Assembly (NCBI GenBank): GCA_964016885.1
Contig: OZ024755.1
Span: forward strand, 17,174,001-17,238,000
Length of the DNA stretch: 64,000 nt
Origin: Eledone cirrhosa
Lineage: Eukaryota
Reading direction: 5' to 3'
Part shown: piece after piece, positions 52,735 to 64,000 of the stretch
How positions within the stretch are numbered: the first letter of the stretch is position 1
How the letters are laid out: each line of letters starts with the position of its first letter
Made by a program: the position numbers and the translations under genes
The notes under the pieces: generated by a model
Told to the model about the DNA's origin: nothing
Seen by the model: only the letters and a program-made list of their open reading frames with translations
The model's database searches: none

Positions 52735-53859
52735 TGCTGGGTCATGTAAATATCAGATTGAATGATATCGGATTAAATGGCTGAGCAGTGCAGCTCTGAA
52801 CAAAAATATCCATCAACCATCAAACTGATCTTTTGCTGGGTCATGTAAATATCAGATTGAATGATATCAGATTAAATGGCTGAGCAGTGCAGCTCTGACC
52901 CAAAAAATCCATCAACCATCAAACTGATCTTTTGCTGGGTCATGTAAATATCGGATTAAATGGCTGAGCAGTGCAGCTCTGACCAAAAAAATCCATCAAC
53001 CATCAAACTGATCTTTTGCTGGGTCATGTAAATATCGGATTAAATGGCTGAGCAGTGCAGCTCTGACCAAAAAAATCCATCAACCATCAAACTGATCTTT
53101 TGCTGGGTCATGTAAATATCGGATTAAATGGTTGAGCAGTGCAGCTCTGACCAAAAAAATCCATCAACCATCAAACTGATCTTTTGCTGGGTCATGTAAA
53201 TATCGGATTAAATGGTTGAGCAGTGCAGCTCTGACCCAAAATATCCATCAACCATCAAACTGATCTTTTGCTGGGTCATGTAAATATCGGATTAAATGGT
53301 TGAGCAGTGCAGCTCTGACCCAAAACATCCATCAACCATCAAACTGATCTTTTGCTGGGTCATGTAAATATCGGATTAAATGGTTGAGCAGTGCAGCTCT
53401 GACCCAAAACATCCATCAACCATCAAACTGATCTTTTGCTGGGTCATGTAAATATCGGATTAAATGGTTGAGCAGTGCAGCTCTGACCAAAAAAATCCAT
53501 CAACCATCAAACTGATCTTTTGCTGGGTCATGTAAATATCGGATTAAATGGTTGAGCAGTGCAGCTCTGACCCAAAATATCCATCAACCATCAAACTGAT
53601 CTTTTGCTGGGTCATGTAAATATCGGATTAAATGGTTGAGCAGTGCAGCTCTGACCAAAAAAATCCATCAACCATCAAACTGATCTTTTGCTGGGTCATG
53701 TAAATATCGGATTAAATGGTTGAGCAGTGCAGCTCTGACCCAAAATATCCATCAACCATCAAACTGATCTTTTGCTGGGTCATGTAAATATCGGATTAAA
53801 TGGTTGAGCAGTGCAGCTCTGACCCAAAAAATCCATCAACCATTAAACTGATCTTTTGC
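52735..53859. repeat. Tandem array, 13 copies (2 x 99 bp + 11 x 84 bp), highly homogeneous
   Basis: TGCTGGGTCA at 52735, 52834, 52933, then every 84 bp to 53773. Confidence 0.97.
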
Positions 53860-55649
53860 CATATGTTGTGGCACTTTCTCTAATGGCAACCTGGTGCGTT
53901 CAGCTATCAACCCAGGTTTGGCTGCCCACCATGCCTCTCTAACAATAACCAAGTGTTCCACTACCAGCCCAGGCATCATTGCCCACCAGGTCAAAAAAGG
54001 GCAAACTGTCCAAATATCAGCTGTTCTCTGATATGTTTGTGGTTGATCCTGTATCTGTGGAGACTTTCAGCATTCTTGACTCCCCCAACCTTATCCCTAC
54101 TCACTGGTGTCAGGGCAGAACTAGCTACCCAAAGCAGTGAGCTCCATGAAGTGAACTAGCTGTTGTCAAATATAAGCCCCCTGCCTCTACCATCTATTTT
54201 TGGGTCACATGTTCCTCAGCTTATATTCAATTATATGTGGTATGTTAACATTCATACCTACAACCTCTTGTTGAATGAGAAAGTTTCTATAAACTGGTTG
54301 TTAGCCTTACAATAGAAATATTGTAGCTTTAGGGACTTTCATTCTTTTTTATATTTGTTCATTCATTTTCTCTTTCTTTTGTTCATCCTTTCTTTCTTTG
54401 TTTCATTCTCTTTCCCTCATTCATTTTTCCATTGTTTCTTTCATTTCTTCTTTCTTTTTCCATTCTTTATTTCAGTCTCCCATTTTTCTGTCATTTATTC
54501 AATCTTTCTTTCTTTCTTTCTTCCAGTCAATTCTTCATTTATTCATTTATTCATTCATTCTTCTTCTTTGCCCACTTATTCCTGAGAGAGTCCTCTTCCT
54601 ATTTTTAATCCAGTCCTTCTTTTTACCTTTTCTTTCTTTCATGTCTTCTTGCAATCTTCATTTTCTTCATTCATTTATTCCTTTTTCATTCTTCCATTCA
54701 TTTATCTCCTCTTTCTCTCCCTCATTTTCTTCCTCCTCATCTTTCTCTCCCTCATTTTCCTCCCCCTCATCTTCCTCTCCCGCATTTTCCTCCTCCTCTC
54801 CCTCATTTTCCTCCTCCTCATCATCCCCTTCCTCCTCCTCCGCCGTACTTTCCCTTTCCCATCACCTCCCTCCTCCTATCATCCACATTTGTTTGTATTG
54901 CTACTTGCTTTTCCATGATGTTTTCAATGGAAGACACCTACCTATCCACTTACCAGTATTTTCAATATTGTAATTCACTATTTCTCTCTGACCTTGTCTT
55001 AATTCATCCACAAATCTTTGCTATTCATGTCATAATACTTGATTTAACTTTCTATATTTGGGGCTGTTGATTCTTCACCTCACACTAACTGGCCAATTTC
55101 CATAACTTTGAACACATTCACCATTATATGTTTCCATTATTATCCCAAATTGTTGTGAGCTCCGTGGAATAACAAGCAGTAAGTTCCCATTCTAGTGTCT
55201 TTATTATCCAATCTGAATTCTTTAGCCGAGATGGATATCAGAAATTCTTATTTACTGTCCTCTAAAAATCTTAAGATTTATATTTCTCTTAAAAGCTATT
55301 ATTATTTCAGCCAATGCTAAGGCAGTGTATTAGTTGAGTCACTAGAGTATCAGACACCATGCTTTGTGGTATATAGTTATGGTCCTTCTATCTGATTGGC
55401 TATTTCTTTGTCCAAATTTGTGATTATGCAACTACAATAAAAATTATTATTATAATAGTGTTGAGTTCAAATCCCACTGAGGTTCAAATCTCGCTGAATT
55501 AAGCTTTGATTTTCATCCTTATGCGTTCGATAAAATAAAGTACCAGTGGGATCAATTTAATCAACTTTCTTCCCCACAAAATTATTTCAGGCATGGCTAA
55601 AGTTGTAGATTGGCAGAATTGTTAGAGAGTTGGATAACATGCTTTGCAG

Positions 55650-55821
55650 TACAATATTTCCCAGCGCCGAAGACGTTTCATCCTCAAGGATGCACCCTTA
55701 ATGTTGACAACCAAAAATTTGAAAAAAAATAATAAACAACCTTCGGCCTCCAGGATGCCTAGTAGATTTTGAGACTTATTTTAGGAAAAAAGTAGTGCCT
55801 TTGGTGCCGAGAAATATAGTA
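55650..55821. mobile_element. TA-flanked Tc1/mariner-pogo-type MITE nested in a family A SINE (about 55605-55880)
   Basis: TIRs TA-CAATATTTCCCAGCGCCGAAG / CTTTGGTGCCGAGAAATATAG-TA; removing it rejoins the SINE head GCTTTGCAG-TA-TATAATTTCAGCCC. Confidence 0.72.
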
Positions 55822-56285
55822 TATAATTTCAGCCCTATACGTTCTGATTTCAAATCTCAATGAGGTCAATTTTGCCTTAGTCTCAGTTTACATTATAACA
55901 GTTTTGAGGAAAGGCATGGTAGCCACATCTTATCACTTATCTCCTACCATACCTAATGAAGAATCAACATTATTTTTTGTTTTATTTTTAAGAAACCATT
56001 AATTTCAAAGGAAAAAAAATATCATCACCATCATTACCACCACCATCATCATCATCATCATTGTCATTGTCTTCTTCATCATCATTACAACCACTATCAT
56101 CATCACCATCATCATCATCATCACAACCACTTTCATCATCATTATTACCATCTTTATTGCCATTACCTTCTTCATCATTACTACCACTATCATCATCATC
56201 ATTTTCATCATCAGTGTCATCATAACCATTAATAGTCTTAGTATATCAAGTAATACTGTACAAGATTTGTATTGGTTATTTACAG

Positions 56286-56612
56286 GATTTGGAAGTTAGT
56301 AAAGATGCTGGCCAGACCAAATTACAGAAAATGTTAGATTCTGCAGACAAGACATTGCAGAATACTAATTCTGCTGGAAGCAAAATCATTCGAGAGAAAT
56401 GTGAAAATTGTAAAAGTAACTTTGATGTATTCCTGGTGAAACTTACTCAGTCAAAACAGATACAAGAAAATTGTATTGGAAACTGGGGACAATTTGAAGA
56501 TGCCAATGAACAAGTGACTAGTCTACTCCAAGACATTCAGAACAGACTCCAACTTGCAGCTGGACTGAAGGCAGATCTTGCAGAAAAATGTTCCTGTTTG
56601 GAAAGACATAAA
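56286..56612 (+). CDS. Nesprin-like exon 19 (327 nt, phase 0/0)
   Basis: atttacag|GATTTG ... CATAAA|gtaaaa; DLEVSKDAGQTKLQ...QNTNSAG...LKADLAEKCSCLERHK. Confidence 0.92.
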
Positions 56613-56711
56613 GTAAAATTTCATTTATTTTCTTTTTACTAAATATTGTCAAGTATGAAGGGATCTGGTTAAGGAATTATGGGGTGGTCTGGACACATGA
56701 TTATCTGAAAC

Positions 56712-57030
56712 CTCATGGCCTAATGGTTAGGATGTGGGACTTATGATCATAATATTGTTGGTTCGATTCCTGGACAGGGTGCTACATTGTGTTCTTAAGT
56801 AAAACACTTCATTTCACATTGCTTCACTTTGTGTGTGGCCTTGTGGTAAGTGTGCTGGACTTATGATCATAATGTCATTGGTTCGATTGCTGGACAGGAT
56901 GCTGTGTTATGTTCTTGAGCAAAACACTTTATTTCACATTGCTCCACTACACTCAGCTGAGAGTAAGTTCCAGCAGTAGCTGGGAAGTTAACCCTGCAGT
57001 AGACTAGCATCCTGTCCAGGAAGAGTCTTG
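56712..57030 (+). mobile_element. tRNA-derived SINE (family B) with duplicated head; related reverse copies at about 2385-2600 and 59440-59570
   Basis: TGGCCTAATGG A-box and GGTTCGATTCC B-box twice, each followed by GTGTTCTTGAGCAAAACACTT.ATTTCACATTGCT-like sequence. Confidence 0.8.
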
Positions 57031-57542
57031 TAGATGTGTATATATACATATACACACATACATACATGTGCACACACACACACATACACATGCATGCGCA
57101 TACATATATTAAATGTGGCAATGAAAAATATAAAATTGAAAAGCCATTGGTTTATGAAGGAAGTCCCTTGTGATATTTGTTTTGCATTGAGTTACCCTGA
57201 TACAACATCATCATCCTTGCTATCAGAAATACCTGGATCCAGCTTAGTTTTAGGTTGTGCATCTTTGGGGGTTTTTTTTACATGATTTAATCAGAAGAAA
57301 GGAGACACCCAAGACTTTATACTAGGTTTCTGAGACTATTAAGAGGAAAATACCCACATACCAGATACTTGCCTTAAATATTTACAGGAGAGCGTACTCT
57401 GTTTAAGGTACCTAAGAGTCCTGGAGTGATATGGAACCAGATGACATATTAGGTCTACTACCTAAACTGGACTAATGAAAACAAAGAAAGTATCCACATA
57501 CCAGATACGTACCCCAAATGTTTACAATAGTGTGTTCTCTGT

Positions 57543-57778
57543 TTAACCGTTTAGCATTTACATTACTCTATATATACTATAATATCTATTTTTTTCACAG
57601 TAAACACTTTATTTCACATAATTAATTAACATAATATCGAATCTATGAGATCTTGTTATTATTTATTTTAAGTACAATACCTTAACATCAGTATGAGTGT
57701 CTGGTTGTGGCAGGTTTGAAGAGAAAGAGGTGAGAGAATTCTAGCCATATACAGCTAGTTTAAGTGCTAAAGGGTTAA
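57543..57778 (+). mobile_element. TTAA MITE, same family as 23139-23354
   Basis: TTAA-CCGTTTAGCATTTA ... TAAGTGCTAAAGGG-TTAA; paralogous empty site at 57397-57411. Confidence 0.85.
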
Positions 57779-58986
57779 GGTACGTAAGAGCCCTGGTGGG
57801 GATGTGAAACCAGGTGACAGATTAGGTCCACCACTTAAACCAGACTAACAAAAACAAAGGAAAAACATGAACACAATAAAACTAAGGGAAGCTATTTAAT
57901 AGGACTCTAAATTGAAAGAATGTTTATGTAGTCATTTGTTAGAGATCTGCCTATTTTTATGCAACAAGTCTCGACAAGTATTACAAACCTGCCATCTATA
58001 TTTCTCAGTATTACACAACTATCAGAGTATTTTTTGATACAGTCAAATGTTTCTACTGAGTCAATAAGGGTTTCTGATTTAGGCACAAGGCCAAACATTT
58101 TGGTAAAGGGTAAAGTTGATTAAATCAACCCCCAGTGCATTACTGGTACTTTATTTTATCTTCCCCGTAAGAATGAAAGGCGAGGCTAAACTCAGTGGGA
58201 TTTGAACTCAGAACGTAAAGGGCCATAACTCTATGCTGCAAAGCATGTTGTCCGACGTTCCACTGATACTGCCAATCCACCACTCTTTACTGAGTAAAGA
58301 ATAATTAGATAAAATTCCTAATTCTTTGGCAGACATTTTATTTGTAGTAGTTACTCTTTTCTACTATTGTTTCAAACCAACTCTTCACCTGAATATTAGT
58401 TTCTACACATAAAATATGACCATCCCTGTTTCTCCATCCTATGTCTCTGTTGCTACTTTATTTTTCTAGTTTTTCACCTTTATGTCATTGACAATACTTC
58501 AGATGGACAAATTTACTGTGCAAACAATTTTTACAGTGTAACCGGTTAATCAAGTTCTCACCTAATTCTGTCAACCCTTAAAACTGTTTTCATCATCCCA
58601 GTCTTCACCATTTTATCAATTATTCTCTGTTTAAATTCCTTTCTTGTGCTCTTTGTTTCCATCACAAACATATACACCCACAAACACAAATACACAAAAC
58701 TAAATTCTCAAATAAAATTAAACATACACACACCCACGAATGATTTTTTTTTTTTTTTTAAATTTGTAAGTGACATTTACAAAGACAGATTTTAAACAAT
58801 TAAAAAAATAGAAATATATATTCACTCATATACATCGCTACACACGTACAAACACCCATGTATAGTAGTAAGTATTGTAAACACTGTCACTCTGTCACAT
58901 TAATACATTAAAATATAAAACATAGTCAGTCATACACACACATAAACTCTGCGGTTCACAGATAGAACTCTCTCTCTCATTTTCAG

Positions 58987-59127
58987 ACTATCAAGCATGA
59001 ATTGTTATCACAAAAAAGCAACCTTAAGAAATTAGAAACGAAAGCAGAAAGTGTCAAAGTTCAAATGGCAAAAGATTCTGTCAATGACACCAACACATTG
59101 TATAAGTCTTTGTTGAATGAGAGTCAA
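58987..59127 (+). CDS. Nesprin-like exon 20 (141 nt, phase 0/0)
   Basis: attttcag|ACTATC ... AGTCAA|gtaagt; TIKHELLSQKSNLKKLETKAESVKVQMAKDSVNDTNTLYKSLLNESQ; not in ORF track. Confidence 0.9.
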
Positions 59128-60996
59128 GTAAGTAGTTAATACATCCTTTCTTTTGTTTTTTCTATCTCTATCATTTGACTTTTGATTTCATTGATGTGTC
59201 TCAGTATAGTTATTGCCGTGTTTTTTGGGGGGATAACTCTTTACTTTTACTGGCACTCGTTTTGTGATGACGGTGAGTGTTCCAGTTGATCCGATCAACG
59301 GAACAGCCTGCTCGTGAATTTAACGTGTAACTGATTGAACATTCCACAGACACGCGTACCCTTAATGTAGTTCTGAGGGAGAGTCAGCGCGACAAAGAAT
59401 ATGACAAAGCTGGCCATTCAAATTACAGGGACACTTCAGTTTTGCCAGTTCAGTGGACTGGAGCAACATGAAATAAAGTGTCTTGCTCCAGACCACAACA
59501 CGCCACCGGGAATCGAACTCATGACATTACGATTGTAAGCTGAAAACCTTAACCACAAAGCTGCACACATTCAGCATAACTCTAAGAAGTTGTATAGTAC
59601 CCACTCACAAACATCATTCCAAATCTGATCAATTATCTAATAACTTATCCGTTGTACACTATAGAAATTATCACAACTGTAACATGTTAATTCCAACCCA
59701 ATCCAGGGCCTTCTCACTCCTGTTGAAGGAGATACTCCCTGGCTCATCTGAGAGGTCAATGACAACCCAACCAACCCTTTCTAGTCAGGAAAATGGACAT
59801 TAAATGATGATATTGTTGTCCATTATTGTTACTAAAATATTGTTATTACTGTAACATTCTTAGTGATATAACATTATTATTGATATATCCAATCTAAGCC
59901 AGGGCCTTTTTATTCATGTTAGCGGACCCCCTCCCTGGTTGACCTCCACAGCTTTCTGTTTGGTTTTTGTTATGTCAGGAGTGTAGCCGTACTCACCATG
60001 CTTAGCCAATTGCAGGTTGGTGAGGCTATTTAACCCATAGTTGGGGTGCAAAGTCATTAACTCTGAGGAGTTCATCTGCCCTTTTAACTGCACTTGTTTT
60101 CTGTGTTGCTTACTCTCCTCAACAGACACATTTAACCATATTTTGTCAAAGCTTAGTTCCAGTATTTTAGTATGAAGTGGATATGTGAGAAATCTTTCCT
60201 TAGACAGAATACTAGTTTATCACAGAGAACTTTCCCATGAAACCACTCAAGGTTCTACAATGCAAAGCTGTTTGTTTTAAAGTTTATATTTATCTAAAAC
60301 ACTCCGTCACAATTTTATATGGTAACGTTTATTATGTTCTAAACATCAGCTTCATAATGAGAAAGTTATATTACTAAATCTCTCCAATTCTTGGTTATTT
60401 TCAAAATTTTTTGAAAACTATATTGTTTTTCATTAGTAACAAGGCATTTTGTCCAATGTTTTAATACTTTTGCCAGTTCACTATTGCTAGGTAATCATTA
60501 AGTAGCTACAGTAGATTTGTTTTGGATGCATAGCTGAGTGGTTAAGAAGTTTAATCTTCTACCTCCTTCGTCTACTGAGTGAGATGGAACTCGTCCAATT
60601 GGACCAAGGAAACAATGTTTCCATTGGTCTTTTCATTGCTGATATTATCTACTGACTGCAACTCCAGGCAGATAAATATTGAATGAGAATTTATATGGAA
60701 TAGGAATTACTTTAAGGGTACATATGTCTTTGGAATACTCAACCACTTTACATTAATGCAAAAGCTGGACACCAGTTAATTGAAAAACTGAATTCTCACC
60801 ATCATCATCATCATCATCGTCGTTGTCAAAACCAATGGAAAATCCATGATATTAGATTTTCTATAGAAGCTCCTTCTTCAGTTTTTACATACATACTGAC
60901 TCCAAATTAGGTCTGCTTCTTTCACTTGATATAAATTACAAGATTACTTTGTAGCATTATATATATATATATTTTTTTTATAACTTACTTTCCTAG

Positions 60997-61161
60997 GAGA
61001 TTGTCAGCCATCTTGAGGAAATTGTTAAAACTCACAATGACTACCGCCAATCTTATACCAGTAGCCTAGAGTGGCTTAACAATACCAGACACCATTTAAA
61101 TCAAATTAATAACCCCAAAGGAGATATTCAAGTTATTCAGGAAAGAAAATTGATGTTTAAG
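60997..61161 (+). CDS. Nesprin-like exon 21 (165 nt, phase 0/0)
   Basis: tttcctag|GAGATT ... TTTAAG|gtaaca; EIVSHLEEIVKTHNDYRQSYTSSLEWLNNT...GDIQVIQERKLMFK; not in ORF track. Confidence 0.92.
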
Positions 61162-63250
61162 GTAACAGCATTATCAATATAGCTTTGTCAGTTTCCATTA
61201 AACCTAACTATGTATGTATGTATTTGTTTGTACATGTGCATATAGGTGAGTGTACAGCTATAGGTATTTGTGTGTGCATGTGCACATGTATGCATGGGCA
61301 CATGTGTATGAGTACATGTGTGTGTGTATACCTTTGTATGTGCATGTCTGTGCATTTGTTCACCTGATGCACAGGTGAATGTGTGCCTGCATGTATGTGT
61401 GTGTATACAAGTGTGCATGCCTGTGTGTGTACATGTGCAGGTGGACATATGTGTGTATAACTGTGAATGAGCATGTTGGTATGTGTGTGTGTGTGCTTAT
61501 AAGTGTGTGTGTATGCCTTATATGGACATCTATGTGTATGTGTGTGTATATTGATATGTGCGTGTGTGCTTATAAGTGTGTGTATGCCTGTATATGGACA
61601 TCTCTGTGTGTGTGTGTGTATATTGGCATGTGTGTGTATGCCTTATATGGACATCTATGTGTGTGTGTGTGTATATTGGCACGTGTGTGTGTGCTTATAA
61701 GTGTGTGTATGCCTGTATATGGACATCTGTGTGTGTGTGTGTGTGTGTACATTGGCACGTGTGTGTGTGCTTATAAGTGTGTGTGTATGCCTTATATGGA
61801 CATCTATGTGTATGTGTGTGTATATTGGTATGTGTGTGTGTCTGTAAATGGACATATATATATGTGTGTGTAGGCATGTGTGTGTATATGGGCATGTGTA
61901 TGTGTTTATGTGTGTATATGCCTATGTATGGAAATCTATGCATGTGTATGTGTGTGCTTACAAGTGTGTTTATGCCAGTATATAAACATCTATGCATATG
62001 TATGTGTGTCCGTGTATGTATGTGCTTACAAGTATGTGTATGCCAGTATATGAACATCTATATGTATGTGTGTTAGTGTCTGTGTATGTGTGTGTATCAA
62101 CACATATGTAAAGTAAATGTAAGTATTCTATGTTATTTAGAGATGTCTGATGCTTACTGAAGAACTCTTGGCAGAAGAATTGTCAGAAGTTCTTCAAGAA
62201 ATTCTGTTGAAATTTCCCAATGTTTTGGCATTGTAAGGCTTCAATTTAAAGAATCATTAGAATCTGGTAACAACTAAAACTTAACAATGTTTTTATATTC
62301 GGGCAGGAAAGAAAACTCTTGTGTTCACTTAGTGAGGCTTAACTTGGGTTAAATGAAAATTGGAATCAAGTTAATGAATGCTATTGACAAGAATATAACA
62401 TAGAGTTTCTAGTAGTGATAGAGTTTCTAGTAGTAATAGTAAAAAATTCTGTTTACTATTTACATTAGTTAGTAATATACTAATTTCAAGTCACCTGAAC
62501 AAACTAGTTTATCTGATGTCCACTGTTATATAATAAGATTGTTACATTATCTTATAAACATGAGCCATTCACAAATCTAAGCATGACATTTAAAAGTAGT
62601 ATTTACCATTTATTTGTATAAAACAGACAAATTTCAGAGATGCCATGTACAGTTTACCCTCAATATTTGCGGTCCTGGCATTCACAGTCCCAGTTACTCA
62701 TGGCATATTCCTCAGAACCTAGCTAATAATTGTTTGTGGAAACCACTGCATATTCATGGAATTGTAAATATCTTCCGGGAACATCAGAAGTTTTTGAGGC
62801 AAGCCAACTTGCTCACAGCATTAAAGGAGGTGATGGTGAGGCTAAAGCACTGAAACAACTAAGCACCCTCACAAACTCACCTGATATGATGTAGTCTTGG
62901 TGCTATTTTCTACTTTTCAAGAATGACTTCTAATGCAGTTTCATGTACAGGATGCTGTGTGTTATTTGGTTTAGTTTTCTAAGACAAAGAATTGATTCCT
63001 TTAAGGTGTGGTTATCATTATTGCGACCACAGTCAAACATTCCTGAAAAAATCTCTCCACAATTCATGATTTTTCATTTCTTTGTGGCAACTGCTCCCTA
63101 CTGAGAGTTGATTGATGAAGGTTCGAGCAGGTCTTCCTCTGCAGCGTCTCCTATGAGTTGGTTTCACAATAGAAGATGTGGTTATCATACATTGCTAATT
63201 TTTGATTTACGGGACTCCTTTTTAATTAGATATTTTTTAATCAATTACAG

Positions 63251-63577
63251 AAACAGCAAGGTGACGTTTTCAGTGGGAAACAGCTGGTTTCAGACTGCAG
63301 TCAACTTGCTGACAAAGTCTGTGAAAATACATCATCACAAGGTCAGGCAGTGATCCAAGAGGAAATAAATATACTTAACCAAAACTGGAACATGTTTTCT
63401 GATTCTTTTAATAATGCTGAACAAAATCTGGATGTGCTTATTTCAAACTGGGAGAATTTTGATGAAGAATACAACAAATGTTTGTCATGGTGTAACAATA
63501 TAGAAGTACGTGTGAACTCACTGTTGAAATTTGGGGACAATGTTAAAGAAAAACAGGCACAACTCGAAGAAATTAAG
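63251..63577 (+). CDS. Nesprin-like exon 22 (327 nt, phase 0/0)
   Basis: aattacag|AAACAG ... ATTAAG|gtaaac; KQQGDVFSGKQLVSDC...ENTSSQGQAVIQEEINILNQNW...QLEEIK. Confidence 0.92.
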
Positions 63578-64000
63578 GTAAACATTTTAGTTTTCAACAT
63601 ATATTGGCTTACTGTAAGCTAAGATACTTCCAAAATTTTAATTTGCTCAGCATTTCATAAACCACTTATTTCTTTCTTTGTAAATTAGATATTTTCTTCT
63701 GAGATAAATTTAATATAATTACGGATTATAAGCCCTGCTGTATAAATGTAAACAAATGTAAAAAAAACATTGTTCTCTTCATACACATAAGTCTTTGAAT
63801 TATTTGTATTACTTTTGCCAATGCAGAACATCACTAGTTTCCTCAGATTCTGCTGTTTTACGTATAAATTTACCTGGAAATATGATTGGCTATTGGGTCA
63901 AGGAAAAGATAGGTTAAATGTGAAATCATATAGAAGAGGAGGTTAATAGGCTAGAAAATTAAAATTTACTCTAGAAAAGGAAAGCAACTAATCATCAGAT

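Larger units (their letters stand above)
3421..63577 (+). other. SYNE1: Internal part of a nesprin-1/Msp300-like giant spectrin-repeat gene (22 exons, 1446 aa here; continues beyond both window ends)
   Basis: 22 AG/GT-bounded exons join in one open frame. Recurrent spectrin-repeat patterns (helix-A WL, 'G...NTS..G...I..E...L...W') recur with a ~214-aa period. The symbol is a family-level call; no CH or KASH domain lies in the window to prove orthology. Confidence 0.75.

Noticed and set aside
52735-53859. CRISPR-like look of this array (also 73-615 and 39789-40350)
   Set aside because: Units repeat over their full length with no unique spacers; no cas genes; eukaryotic intron.
56712-56900. 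tRNA genes
   Set aside because: A and B boxes are present but no full cloverleaf, and SINE body sequence follows.
62157-62210. CUGAAGA followed by a hairpin and GAAA
   Set aside because: The CUGAAGA itself is paired in a 9-bp stem, and no stem I or III forms.
63343-63600. Minus-strand ORFs overlapping exons (also 16311-16532 and 41301-41549)
   Set aside because: Antisense shadows of the real + strand exons.

Overview
AT-rich, microsatellite- and SINE-dense animal genomic DNA. The repeat landscape and an invertebrate-code mitochondrial fragment suggest an octopod cephalopod (inference). The whole window lies inside one large + strand gene: 22 internal GT-AG exons (3421..63577; 4338 nt, 1446 aa, open frame, no start or stop) encode tandem spectrin repeats of a nesprin-1/Msp300-like giant protein. 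The exons form a repeating three-exon module (165 + 327 + about 150 nt, two spectrin repeats) seen 7 times, the last incomplete. Two of the 327-nt-type exons are split by introns at different positions. The introns hold tRNA-derived SINEs (three with 17-18 bp TSDs), RTE-LINE fragments, TTAA and TA MITEs, a non-autonomous Helitron, several tandem arrays and a mitochondrial ND1 insertion (NUMT). The most unusual signals are RNA structures: two adjacent ~300-bp palindromes carrying four Penelope-type minimal hammerhead motifs (18426-19071), a fifth hammerhead with a covariant U3-A8 core (23705-23744), and a 13-copy 84/99-bp array whose unit has the helix order of an HDV-like pseudoknot but lacks the canonical catalytic nucleotides (52735-53859). 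Nearly all ORFs in the supplied track are microsatellite artefacts. All calls were made by eye; no searches were run.
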